From Promethearchaeia archaeon (GTDB taxonomy: Archaea > Asgardarchaeota > Lokiarchaeia > Sigyniarchaeales > SOKP01): a stretch of 64,000 nt of DNA. Location: the NCBI GenBank assembly GCA_029856125.1, contig JAHQWJ010000080.1:90576-154575 (forward strand). The letters run 5' to 3'. The notes below the pieces were generated by a model, which saw only the letters and a list, made by a program, of their open reading frames with translations, ran no database searches and was not told where the DNA came from. Shown one piece after another: positions 1-9,863 of the stretch; positions within the stretch are counted from its first letter, which is position 1; every line of letters begins with the position of its first letter. The position numbers and the translations under genes were made by a program.

Positions 1-88
1 TTATTACTTCCTGTATAATTTATATAATAGCATTTTTCTCAAGTTTTTTTAATGTTCTCAATTATTTTTAAGAAGAATTTAGTAAGTA

Positions 89-385
89 TTAACCAAAAAA
101 ACTGGAATAAAATAATTCAGCTATTAAAAAAACTCCAATAAATATAATAAAGAATTTAGAATAAGATATTATCGTTTTAAATAATAAATTATCAATGTTA
201 ATATTAAACATAAAAATTTCTATTTCATTTAGAATTTGGAGAAAAGGTATTAACAATATTAAGAAAATTATAATAGAAACAAATAGCGTTGTTGGTTCGG
301 TTGATGTTATGGAATATAGAAAAATAAAAATAAAAAGCGATACCAATATGAAGAATTGCAATAGGTTCAAAGTAAAATTCGACAT
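89..385 (-). CDS. Small hydrophobic membrane protein (about 3 TM), hypothetical
   Basis: 98 aa ORF with three hydrophobic segments; divergent from the V4R gene. Confidence 0.55.
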   Translation of the reverse strand: MSNFTLNLLQFFILVSLFIFIFLYSITSTEPTTLFVSIIIFLILLIPFLQILNEIEIFMFNINIDNLLFKTIISYSKFFIIFIGVFLIAELFYSSFFG

Positions 386-572
386 AATCCAACTTATATA
401 ACAAAAAAACTATTTAAAATTCTAAGAATATTTTAAGAGATCATGGGATATTGAGATTAAAAAACTAAATATTTATAAGTGACAAGAATTAGGTTTATCT
501 CACATTATGTTTTCGAAAGTTAAATTGTATAAAAATCAAATTAACCTAGTAAATATTATATAAAAAAATGAT

Positions 573-1073
573 TTGATTATAATTATGAGAAATTTAAAAT
601 TAAAGGGATTAAAATACGATAAGGGGAAATACGATTTATATAATGAAAGATTTGTGTTTTTCCCCCCACAAATAGTTGACATACTATCATCGATATATGG
701 AGAGGGTGTAAAATCTTTACTAGTTTGGTTAGGTAAAAAAGTTGGGTGGGCGTTGATTCAGAAATGGGACGATAATTTAAAATCAAAAACATTAAACGAT
801 TTAGTTAATCAATTTTGCACAATTGTAAGCAACCATGGATGGGGAATTTTTAATCCAAAACAAATTTCAGACAACTTAATAGTAATTGAACTTCAACATA
901 ATATCGCAAACAATTTAAATAACAAATCAAAGTATATATGTTATTATATTACGGGATTATTAGCTGGTTTTGGAGAATATGCGCTCTATAAAGTAAATGT
1001 TATAGAAAATAATTGTAATATTGAGGATCCAGGTTTAAATTCATGCGAATTTAGAATCGAGAAAATTCTTTAA
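573..1073 (+). CDS. V4R (4-vinyl reductase) domain protein
   Basis: GWG motif, 'ICYYITGLLAG' and 'ENNC...CEF' pattern typical of V4R; the true start may be ATG 585. Confidence 0.8.
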   Translation: MIIIMRNLKLKGLKYDKGKYDLYNERFVFFPPQIVDILSSIYGEGVKSLLVWLGKKVGWALIQKWDDNLKSKTLNDLVNQFCTIVSNHGWGIFNPKQISDNLIVIELQHNIANNLNNKSKYICYYITGLLAGFGEYALYKVNVIENNCNIEDPGLNSCEFRIEKIL

Positions 1074-1082
1074 AGAATTAAA

Positions 1083-1568
1083 TCACCAAGGATCCCATTC
1101 TTCAGGATTCAGTTCATTAACCTCATTATTTTTAAGATCTTTCTCTGTAATTTGAGGTTCTATTTTTACATAGATATTTTCATCTTCACTTATCATTTTG
1201 TGTGATTCAAGATCTTCGCGAATTAAGTCATCAGTTAATGATAATTTATCATCGCCTATTACTACATCTTTAAAAGCAGAAATTAATGACAAAAAATTAA
1301 AAAACTCTTCCTTTTTCATTTCCACATTTATAAAATCACTATTTTTTAATAATTTAAGTTTCACCAACCGAACTTCTCCGCTTATTTCTACTGAAGTCAA
1401 TTCAATATTTTCATTTTTATTTTTTAACTGAATCTTCCATGAAGTTTCTCTTGTTTTTTCGATTTCCATTAATATAGCCTCACTCTTTAGATAATTAAAT
1501 ATCAATAATTTAATAAAAATTAACCAATTTAAAATTATTCTTATATAAGTACCGAAGATTTTAATCAA
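1083..1568 (-). CDS. Hypothetical protein
   Basis: Long ORF with acidic C-terminus ending EEWDPW; the true start is probably the internal ATG (MEIEK). Confidence 0.6.
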   Translation of the reverse strand: MIKIFGTYIRIILNWLIFIKLLIFNYLKSEAILMEIEKTRETSWKIQLKNKNENIELTSVEISGEVRLVKLKLLKNSDFINVEMKKEEFFNFLSLISAFKDVVIGDDKLSLTDDLIREDLESHKMISEDENIYVKIEPQITEKDLKNNEVNELNPEEWDPW

Positions 1569-1606
1569 AAAGTAAAAAAAAAGAGGTTCTTATTACTTTT
1601 TTTTTA

Positions 1607-2272
1607 TTAGAAAAGATAATTAATTATCAAAAAATCATAGGAAATAAAGATTAATACAGCAATTGGAGACCTAATTTGTGCAAAAAATTGAAATTTTTCT
1701 CTTTCTTCATTATAAAACAAAGTAAGTGATTTCATCTGGAGTTTGGTACCTGAATATTTATTTAATTGCGAGAAATCTAAAAACCTATAAAATAATTTCA
1801 AAAAGATCCCTCGAGAATATGAAATTTTCTCATTTAATGCATGCAACATATTGTAAGGATGAGATTTTGTTAAGAAACGATTGAAAAGGTAATTACATGA
1901 TACTAGTAATAAAAATAAGATCAAAAGGTATGAAAAAAAAGAAAAAAACAGATGGAAATCAAAACCTAGAATTGGAAAAGCGAAGAACAAAAAGATAATT
2001 AACTTACCATCACTTCCCCCTATTAATTTTAAACAGAACAGCAAAAAAGAAAAAGTAAAAGCTAATAAAACGATTAAAGATTTGCAGATCACAAAAATCA
2101 TCAGGTTAGTATAAAAATTTTGCGCTTCAATAAGTATAAAGACGAAACCAACAATAAAAAAAAATACAAGACTTTTGTTGGGTATTTTCCTAAACCAGAT
2201 ATCTCTATACATACAGTATAATAGAACTATATTTGAATAATAGAAAAAAAACCCATCGATGTTTGGAAGCAA
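1607..2272 (-). CDS. A24-family prepilin/preflagellin peptidase
   Basis: 'YRDIWFRKIPN' (first Asp) and 'IGGSDGKL' (GGxD) motifs; multiple TM segments. Confidence 0.8.
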   Translation of the reverse strand: MLPNIDGFFFYYSNIVLLYCMYRDIWFRKIPNKSLVFFFIVGFVFILIEAQNFYTNLMIFVICKSLIVLLAFTFSFLLFCLKLIGGSDGKLIIFLFFAFPILGFDFHLFFSFFSYLLILFLLLVSCNYLFNRFLTKSHPYNMLHALNEKISYSRGIFLKLFYRFLDFSQLNKYSGTKLQMKSLTLFYNEEREKFQFFAQIRSPIAVLIFISYDFLIINYLF

Positions 2273-2275
2273 TCC

Positions 2276-2569
2276 TTATAAATCGCCTTCCCATATGTCT
2301 ATAAATGTTTTTAAACTCTTAGCTCTAATGTTTTCATATTTGTATCTATATATTTTAATCCGCCCAAATATTTTCTCCTGAATTAATTTATAGGATTTTA
2401 AATAATCTAAGTGACTTTTAACGCTTGCGTGATTAAGTTTAGTAAACTTTATAATCTGAGATATTGATAATTCTTGATTTAATGCTAATACTTTTAAGAT
2501 TTTAATTCTTGCCCGTGACCCTAATAAATTTTCAATCTTAAAGTTCTCTTCTGCACCTTTTACTATCAA
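2276..2569 (-). CDS. ArsR-like winged-helix protein
   Basis: 'LLGSRARIKILKVL...SISQI...VKSHLDYL...GRIKIY' wHTH pattern; overlaps the cdc6 stop. Confidence 0.8.
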   Translation of the reverse strand: MIVKGAEENFKIENLLGSRARIKILKVLALNQELSISQIIKFTKLNHASVKSHLDYLKSYKLIQEKIFGRIKIYRYKYENIRAKSLKTFIDIWEGDL

Positions 2570-3780
2570 ATTTTAATGCCTTTAGTTTCCATTACTTCTA
2601 ATAATAATTCTTTATACTTTGAAATTGGAATATTTTGAACAGTTATTTGAGCTTTTCGGCCTTTAATAGCCTCACTGACGATTTCCATGGTAATTAAATC
2701 TTCTTTTTTAAACTCCTGGAGGTAATTCCATAGTTGTGAATGAGTCCGTGGTTGAATTCCTAAGCTTTCACATAATATTAAATATGATTCAGTAATTTCA
2801 CGAACAGATGTATGAATTCTTTTGCACTTATCTAAAGCATTTATAATAGCTAATAAAAAAATGATTTTTTGAGTAGACATATATTTTAGTATATCTAGTG
2901 TTGAAAAAGGAACTATGTCTTGATTTGCAAGACGGATTGATTCTATTGTGATGTATTTTAAATTCTGATTTTCAGCGATTTTAGTTGATTTCCAGAGTAA
3001 GTTTAATCCATACCTTATATCTCCAGTCTGATAAACTAAATCCGTAATAATTTGGATTAAGTTATCCGAAAAAATATTATCTTTTAAACTAATTTCTGTT
3101 CTATACTTCAATATTTCAAAAAGTTGTTCTTTACTATAATTGTTGAAATTTATTATATTTCTTTGTAAAGTGCTCATAGTACTAGCATCCAAACCACTTA
3201 AACAAGATATATCTCGTGCAATTCCAATGATAGAAATGTGTCGACTAGTATTGAACGCGTCATCGTTAATTCTTGTAAGTGAATAAATAAGATCCCCCTC
3301 CTTACCAATTAAATAACTTAATTCATCCAAAACAATTAATAAATGGAGATTTTGATCTTTAATAATATCAACAATAATTTCAAGTAAATCTTGTGGAGAG
3401 TATCCTCTTTTTGGAAAAGTATTATTGAGTGCTCGAACAATTTTGATTAATACTTTATAGCTAGTTCTTTCTTTCCGACAATTAATATGAACATACTTAA
3501 TGTCTCCTGATCTTTTTTGAGCTGCGTTTACTAACATTTCTCCAAAGAGCTTAATTGTAACTGTTTTTCCTATTCCAGTTTTCCCAATTATCAATATTTT
3601 TCGTGAAATTGAATTCGGATTTGTTACGAGCACTAAAAATAGTTGAGATAGCAGTGACAACTCTTTTTCACGATGCGGTAGCCTTTTAGGAACATAATTG
3701 TTATCGAGTTTACTTTCCTTTTTGAACAACGATGGTTTTTTTAATAAATCTTCAAAGTAATCTATTGTCATGAAGGACAT
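2566..3780 (-). CDS. cdc6: Orc1/Cdc6 replication initiator AAA+ ATPase
   Basis: 'YVPKRLPHRE', Walker A GKTGIGKT, Walker B IVLDE, 'GDIR' sensor, C-terminal wHTH. Confidence 0.93.
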   Translation of the reverse strand: MSFMTIDYFEDLLKKPSLFKKESKLDNNYVPKRLPHREKELSLLSQLFLVLVTNPNSISRKILIIGKTGIGKTVTIKLFGEMLVNAAQKRSGDIKYVHINCRKERTSYKVLIKIVRALNNTFPKRGYSPQDLLEIIVDIIKDQNLHLLIVLDELSYLIGKEGDLIYSLTRINDDAFNTSRHISIIGIARDISCLSGLDASTMSTLQRNIINFNNYSKEQLFEILKYRTEISLKDNIFSDNLIQIITDLVYQTGDIRYGLNLLWKSTKIAENQNLKYITIESIRLANQDIVPFSTLDILKYMSTQKIIFLLAIINALDKCKRIHTSVREITESYLILCESLGIQPRTHSQLWNYLQEFKKEDLITMEIVSEAIKGRKAQITVQNIPISKYKELLLEVMETKGIKI

Positions 3781-4039
3781 CTGATAAAATGATATTAGAA
3801 GTTAGAAAATCATAATATATAATGAAATACAGAGTACTAATTTTTTATTATTATAATGAATTATTAACCATTTTAGTTCTCAAGTTCCTCTCTGGAGAGT
3901 ATACCATTGTTCGTGCTATTAATAATTATCACTTCTTTGCGTCAATTAAAAGCGTTATTCTTTTTTGTCGGTTGGAAGATTGCATCCTTGTAATTATATT
4001 GTAAAAGTTAGTTCTATAATTCCCCATTCGATTTTTGTT

Positions 4040-5254
4040 TTAAAACTTAAATGTGATATCTCTAATTAATTTAAAACCTGCTTTTTTGTATTTATATACT
4101 TTTAAACAAATTGATGTAAAAAGAGAAGTTAAAATTGAAAGGAGACAAATATTAAGAAAATAGAACGAGCTATAATTTCTGGGATATTGAAAATTTTGAA
4201 TTTGAAAGGATAGACATATCGTTCTATTCTCTAAATAACTAGTTCCGTTAAATATAACATCTACATAAAATATTTTGTCATCCTCTTTAAAGTTGAAAAT
4301 AGACGGCAATATATTGATATTAACGAATCCCGTTTGATTAGTCTTCAATGTCTCCTCGTATTCGATGGTTGAATTACTATAAATAATAATTTTTAAACTC
4401 TCATTTTCAAGCGGTTTTTTGTTTGTATTAAAATAGTAGTAAAATAGCTGAATTTTAAGCAAGCTACCTTCTTCTGTATTATCTACCAAATTAGTAATTT
4501 CTACATAAACAGGGATTTTTTTTACATATACTTCATATGAGAATGTTGTATCCAAATAGTACGAGTTGTTTTTAATAATAAACGATACATTATTTCTTCC
4601 TAAACCTAAGTGCTTAACCGTTGAAATGTTGAAAGAAAGCATTCCATCTTTATCTGTTGTGAAAATAGTTTGATAGATAATCTCTTCATTATTCCTTATT
4701 ATACATTGCAGTGTTTCATTTTCTAAACAAAAACTCGTATTTCCATTGTAGAAGTTTGCATTAAACAAGTTAGATTCTCCATATATTAAGTCACTTTTAA
4801 AATTGGTTAATTCACAATCAACAGCACGTTTAGTAATATTAATTGTTATAATTTCTTTATATGTTGTTCCAACTTCGTTAGAATTGAAATCTTCGTGGTA
4901 ATTAAACATTTTTATGTAAATTCTACAGGGGTAATTTGTAAGTGTTAAGTTTAAGAATTGAATATTAATCGTCCAATTTTTCTGTGAAATACCGATTGTG
5001 TAGTAATTAGAAGAATTCCAAAGGATTGTATCAAAAATATTAGTAATCTGAATTTGAACATAGGAAACTTCAAACCCTGAGTCATAATATAACTCCCAGG
5101 ATCCATTTAGATAAATATTCTCATTATTATAATATGTATTTTTATCGGATACTAGCAGAGTATTACTACATGAAAATCCTAAAACCGTTTTGGGAATAAG
5201 CATTATTCCTAACATAAAATATAGGAAAAGAACCGCTTTTATTTTTTTTTTCAC
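4040..5254 (-). CDS. Secreted/surface protein with Ig-like beta repeats and C-terminal TM anchor
   Basis: N-terminal signal peptide, repeated 'TDKDG'/'TNQTG' and 'FNGTSY' motifs, C-terminal TM plus basic tail. Confidence 0.65.
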   Translation of the reverse strand: MKKKIKAVLFLYFMLGIMLIPKTVLGFSCSNTLLVSDKNTYYNNENIYLNGSWELYYDSGFEVSYVQIQITNIFDTILWNSSNYYTIGISQKNWTINIQFLNLTLTNYPCRIYIKMFNYHEDFNSNEVGTTYKEIITINITKRAVDCELTNFKSDLIYGESNLFNANFYNGNTSFCLENETLQCIIRNNEEIIYQTIFTTDKDGMLSFNISTVKHLGLGRNNVSFIIKNNSYYLDTTFSYEVYVKKIPVYVEITNLVDNTEEGSLLKIQLFYYYFNTNKKPLENESLKIIIYSNSTIEYEETLKTNQTGFVNINILPSIFNFKEDDKIFYVDVIFNGTSYLENRTICLSFQIQNFQYPRNYSSFYFLNICLLSILTSLFTSICLKVYKYKKAGFKLIRDITFKF

Positions 5255-5354
5255 ATCAATTATATCTATTAAAATATAAAAACTCAGATAATTCCAAAAA
5301 ACATTTATTTTGTCAAAGATTTAAATTCAAAACTAAGAAATTTGTTATTGTTGA

Positions 5355-5561
5355 ATGAAAGTGGGAAAAGTAAGAACCCTATTGATAAAGAAAGTCTCAA
5401 AAGAATTAATAAGTAAATATCCAGATGTATTCACCACTGATTTTGAAAAAAATAAAATATTATTGGATAAATATTCTGAAGTAGATTCAAAACATCTTAG
5501 AAATCGAATTTCAGGATATGTTGTTAACTTAATGAAGATAAAAATTAGAGACCAAACCTAA
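5355..5561 (+). CDS. rps17e: 30S ribosomal protein S17e
   Basis: 'GKVRT...FTTDFEKNK...SKHLRNRISGY' signature. Confidence 0.95.
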   Translation: MKVGKVRTLLIKKVSKELISKYPDVFTTDFEKNKILLDKYSEVDSKHLRNRISGYVVNLMKIKIRDQT

Positions 5562-5599
5562 TAACTGAATTTATAAGATTAAAATAAAGAAGAAATCAC

Positions 5600-5986
5600 G
5601 TGGTCTATATTAAAGAAGACGCAAAAGTAATGGCAGATCTTTTAAAATCGGGCCATAAAATGTTAAGTTTATCTTGTCCTATCTGTAATAATCCAATTTT
5701 TCAGCAAAAAAGTGGAACTACTTTTTGTGCAATATGTAATAGGGAAGTATTATTAGTTGATAAAGACTCTAATAAGAACGATGTAGATATTAAACCAACT
5801 ATAAACAATCCCCTCGAAATTACAAATTTAAACAGTGAAATAAATTCTGTTCTTATTGAAAAGATTAATTGGATTGCTCATAAACTAGAAAATGAAACTC
5901 AATTACACATTATTAATGAATACTTAGAGCTTATACTTAATCTTTTGAATATTCTTGAAAAGCTTAAGAGTCTCAAGTTGTCATAG
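5600..5986 (+). CDS. UPF0148 / Sjogren autoantigen-1-like Zn-ribbon protein
   Basis: 'MADLLKSGHKML...CPICNNPIF...FCAIC' motif. Confidence 0.85.
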   Translation: MVYIKEDAKVMADLLKSGHKMLSLSCPICNNPIFQQKSGTTFCAICNREVLLVDKDSNKNDVDIKPTINNPLEITNLNSEINSVLIEKINWIAHKLENETQLHIINEYLELILNLLNILEKLKSLKLS

Positions 5987-6015
5987 GAACATAAATATAA
6001 AATATCTCACCTTAG

Positions 6016-6115
6016 TGCTTCTGCCGGGATTTGAACCCGGGTCACGAGGGTGAGAGCCTCGCATGCCAAACCCTTTCTTTCATAAGAAAGTTTGGCCGGA
6101 CTACACTACAGAAGC
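6016..6115 (-). tRNA. tRNA-Glu(CTC) with 25-nt BHB intron at position 21/22 (6067-6091)
   Basis: Cloverleaf with GCTTCTG/CAGAAGC acceptor and CT-CTC-AC loop; BHB with GGCC/GGTT central helix. Confidence 0.92.
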
Positions 6116-6251
6116 AGACTTATTATTAAAATTTAATATTTTATTAAACCTTAAATTAATTTTAAACTTAATTAAAAAACACACATTTATAGTGAATAAT
6201 GCAATTCAGTCGTAATCTATAACATTATAGCCCAACACAAGGCAAACGAAA

Positions 6252-7274
6252 TTAGCATTCCTTTGGTATGAAAATTGGTTTAAGTAAATTAACATAATGG
6301 TCTCTAATAGAATATTCAGCTATGTTCGTTGCTAATGAAATTAATTTTTGAGTTAAGACGGTTTTTTGATTGAATTCCTTAGATAGCAATTTATCTGCTA
6401 GATAAATAATAGCTCCCGTTAAAATAAAAGGGTTTCGTCCACCGCGCTCCCATTTATTTAAACCTGCTAAAATCGATCTGCATTTGCTGGTCAGCTTACA
6501 CTTATAATCTTCTTTGGACCAAACACTACCTTTTTTTTCTAACCTTATCTCCAATTCTTTATAATTTATAATATTATCGATCAATCTATTTAAGTAATCC
6601 TCACTACTATGGGGTATCGCATCATTATTTAAATGATTTTTATACCTTATTCCATCTCTTAAAATCAATCTTGGATTAACACGGTGCCCAAAACTTTGAA
6701 AAGCATTTGAAATTTCGTTAATAGTAATTGGAGCATTATGGTACTCTTTACGAACTGAATAGAATATGCAAAAAGCAATCAAGGAGATGTTATTGATAAC
6801 GCTCTCTTCATTCTTAATTATTTTTTTATAGTAATATGCCGAATTATTTCTAATATTCTTATTCAAGTTTAAATAAATTGAAATTTTGTTTAAAATATTA
6901 AAAATCCTGTATTCAGTTTCATGGTTTTTAATCCTTAAAAATTGTGAATAGTTTTTTTTTAATCTTCTATACAGTTTTTGCTCATCGGGGGGTAATAATT
7001 TACCCGTTTTATCCTTTAAATATTTTGAATTCTCATAGTCTATAAAAGTCCCTAAACCCCCAATATAATCCGTTCTTTCTCCTAAAGCAACATATTGTTT
7101 ATTCAAATTACTCTTCGTATCAACATTGTTGAAAATATATGACGATTCTTTATAGAGATTATCTAATACTAACCCACAATCCTTACATGTTATTTCGAAA
7201 GAATTCGTCATAACTGGACCACCACATTCAGAACATTTTTCTTCTTCTATACTTTCTTTTGTATTAATTTCCAT
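6252..7274 (-). CDS. Divergent TFIIB/TFB-family protein
   Basis: N-terminal Zn ribbon CSECG...CKDCG; two cyclin-like repeats ending 'GRNP...TQKLIS...EYSIRDHY'. Confidence 0.8.
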   Translation of the reverse strand: MEINTKESIEEEKCSECGGPVMTNSFEITCKDCGLVLDNLYKESSYIFNNVDTKSNLNKQYVALGERTDYIGGLGTFIDYENSKYLKDKTGKLLPPDEQKLYRRLKKNYSQFLRIKNHETEYRIFNILNKISIYLNLNKNIRNNSAYYYKKIIKNEESVINNISLIAFCIFYSVRKEYHNAPITINEISNAFQSFGHRVNPRLILRDGIRYKNHLNNDAIPHSSEDYLNRLIDNIINYKELEIRLEKKGSVWSKEDYKCKLTSKCRSILAGLNKWERGGRNPFILTGAIIYLADKLLSKEFNQKTVLTQKLISLATNIAEYSIRDHYVNLLKPIFIPKEC

Positions 7275-8014
7275 TCTATCACCTAAAAGACAAGGAATAT
7301 AAAGTACTAGAAAAATCAGGCTTTTATCTCAATTTTGTAGATTGTATGTCACTTAAAGTAGAATAATTTGTCATTGGAATTCATAAAATCATTTTAGAGC
7401 CAGACTGAGAGATAATTGGAACTAAAAAAGAAGAGCTATTTTTATCCAATAATTCTAAATAAAATTTTATGAGATATTGATATCCTAAATTGAAATATCA
7501 ATAAAGGAGAAATTAAAACGAATAAAACTCAAGGAAAACATCAAAGGAAAATAGCTATTTCTTCATCCCATCTTGATTTACTGGAAAAATTTTTTAAAAA
7601 ATCAATCTAATTATTAAAGGAAAGAGAGATATAATGTATTCTGATATTATTAACCTTATTTCAAGAGAAAATTATAGCGGAAAATTATACAATGAAATCA
7701 AGTTATGGTGTAACTTCAATAGTAGGCAATGGAAATATTTTGCGTCTATCCAGGACCTTCTGGGCGGAGTAATTAAAAATAGTGTCCAAAATTCTTTTAT
7801 TATTGCATTTCGATCAAATTTACTTTTTAAGATAAAAAATGTAGTAAAATCAAGCTCCTATATGCTTGAGAAATGAAAACTGAAATAAAGTTATAAATGC
7901 TTAATTATATTAATATTTAATAATATTATTTTATAAAGACCAGAGAGATATATATAGTAATAAAAATGTATTTAACGGTCAATAAAATAGTTTTAGATTA
8001 ATGAGGTTCTTTCT

Positions 8015-8695
8015 ATGGTTCGTTGGACTGCAGATCATAATATTTACATAAAAATTCTTTACTGGGGTATGGGAGGCTCTGGAAAAACAACGATAGTAGA
8101 CACACTATACCGACTTACAAAGGAACAGAAAAAAGATATTACACCAACTGGAAATCTAACTAAAATATCGATGGCAAGCGGTTCTACTTTATATTTCGAT
8201 CGAGGAATTTTTCAATCAACTAAACAGAACAAAGTATATTACCATGTTTATACTGTTGCTGGGCAAAGTAGATTCTCTCCATTAAGAAAAAAAATTTTCA
8301 AGGGTACTGATGGTGTGATTTTCGTAGTTGATTCTCAAACTCACTTCTTTGAAGATAATATTGAATCTTTAAAGGAATTAAAAAATATTACTAGGGGTAA
8401 GTTAATTAAAGAAATTCCGCTTATTACTATGCTAAATAAGCAAGATCTTAATGAAACTATCGGAGAAGAAGATTTTAAGCAAGTCCTCAAAGAAGAAAAG
8501 CTCTGGTATGAACCAGATCACGAGTTATATATATGGAATCCTATAATTTATAAATCTTGTGCATTATACGAAAAGAAATTGGACATATATAGAAGTTTCA
8601 CTGAATGCGCGAGAAGAACTGGATTATATCAGATATATGGTGATGGAAAAGCACCAGTTGGTGATAATTTCAGTAGAGACATCCCTAAGTTTTAA
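8015..8695 (+). CDS. MglA-like/Arf-like small GTPase
   Basis: G1 GMGGSGKTT, 'TLYFD', 'YTVAGQ', G4 NKQD. Confidence 0.9.
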   Translation: MVRWTADHNIYIKILYWGMGGSGKTTIVDTLYRLTKEQKKDITPTGNLTKISMASGSTLYFDRGIFQSTKQNKVYYHVYTVAGQSRFSPLRKKIFKGTDGVIFVVDSQTHFFEDNIESLKELKNITRGKLIKEIPLITMLNKQDLNETIGEEDFKQVLKEEKLWYEPDHELYIWNPIIYKSCALYEKKLDIYRSFTECARRTGLYQIYGDGKAPVGDNFSRDIPKF

Positions 8696-9077
8696 GCTTT
8701 CTTATAGATTTTTAACCATTTCAATACGGAAATAATTATTACAATATTTTAATGAATTTGAATCTCTTTAAGATAGACAATACTTAGTAGCTACTAATGG
8801 TTTAGGCTTATTGAATAAATTAATAATAACCTTTGAAGAACCTTAAGTGAATAAATAAAATAAAATTCATTATTTATTAGGAGTTCCCTACGGTTATAAA
8901 AATTCTATGAAAATAACTAATATACATGACCTATAAAAAATAGGAATGAAATATTATAGTTACATTGAGGATTATAAAAACCAATAAATTCTAAATATCG
9001 ATTTAGTTTAATAATTTATATAAATTCTTGATCATTTTATATAATACTAAAGAATATCATCTTATGTGTAAATAGAA

Positions 9078-9254
9078 ATGGGAGTATATAATAGCATCAA
9101 GGAACAACTACCAAAACAATTTTCAATATTTCAGTTAATTGGTATACTAGGAGTAGACGCGCAGGAAGTTAGAAAAGTTCGAAATTTGTTAAAACAATTT
9201 CATAAACAAGGATTTATTAAAAGACTTTCTAAAAACATGTATGAAAAAATTTAG
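9078..9254 (+). CDS. 58-aa small winged-helix-like protein (not in ORF track)
   Basis: MGVYNSIKEQLPKQFSIFQLIGILGVDAQEVRKVRNLLKQFHKQGFIKRLSKNMYEKI; helix-turn-helix plus wing 'GFIKRLSKNMY'. Confidence 0.7.
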   Translation: MGVYNSIKEQLPKQFSIFQLIGILGVDAQEVRKVRNLLKQFHKQGFIKRLSKNMYEKI

Positions 9255-9263
9255 AATTTTTTT

Positions 9264-9857
9264 TTAATTTGTTATACTCATTTTTAATGTTAATTCTGGA
9301 AATATGAATGTTATAACACGATTAAATGCATCTAGTATCCCTTTTCCTTCAGTGGCAACCGTTTTATTAGCAGAAATATATTTAAATTGATTTATATTTA
9401 TTTTCATTACAAATTCATGATATTTAATTTCTTGTTTTGATTCAAAATCAGATTTATTTAATGAAATCACCATTGGTAAATTATATAATTCATTTTTGAA
9501 CATTGTTTTAAGCTCATTCCACGATCTCAAATTGTGATGTAAGCAATTGGCTCTTGAATCAGCAACAAAAATCACTGCATCTACTCCATTCAGAGTTGCT
9601 GGTCTGGTGCTTGCATAAAAATCTTGTCCAGTAGCAGAATATATTAAAAATTTTAAGCTCCATTCAGAACCTTTAAACTGCAAGACACCAAAATCAAATA
9701 ACAAAGTTCTACCAACAGTGCTATCAATTGAGTTTAATGTATCTTCCTTATTAAAATAAGAGAATAAGTGTTTTATTGAGGTTGTTTTTCCTGACATAGC
9801 GGGTCCATAGTAAACGATCTTAACTTGTAATATTTTATTCTCATAATCATATATCAC
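9264..9857 (-). CDS. MglA-family small GTPase
   Basis: 'KIVYYGPAMSGKTT', 'GRTLLFDF', 'ATGQDFY', 'GVDAVIFVADS', NKSD; close to the MglA consensus. Confidence 0.9.
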   Translation of the reverse strand: MIYDYENKILQVKIVYYGPAMSGKTTSIKHLFSYFNKEDTLNSIDSTVGRTLLFDFGVLQFKGSEWSLKFLIYSATGQDFYASTRPATLNGVDAVIFVADSRANCLHHNLRSWNELKTMFKNELYNLPMVISLNKSDFESKQEIKYHEFVMKININQFKYISANKTVATEGKGILDAFNRVITFIFPELTLKMSITN

Positions 9858-9863
9858 TGCTAT

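Noticed and set aside
3781-4039. Replication origin upstream of cdc6 (GTTCCTCTCTGGAG at about 3883)
   Set aside because: Only a single loose match to ORB; no repeated ORBs flanking an unwinding element could be identified by eye.
7275-8014. 80-aa ORF 7634-7876 or an origin in the long AT-rich gap
   Set aside because: No recognisable motif or SD and no clear repeats; left unassigned.
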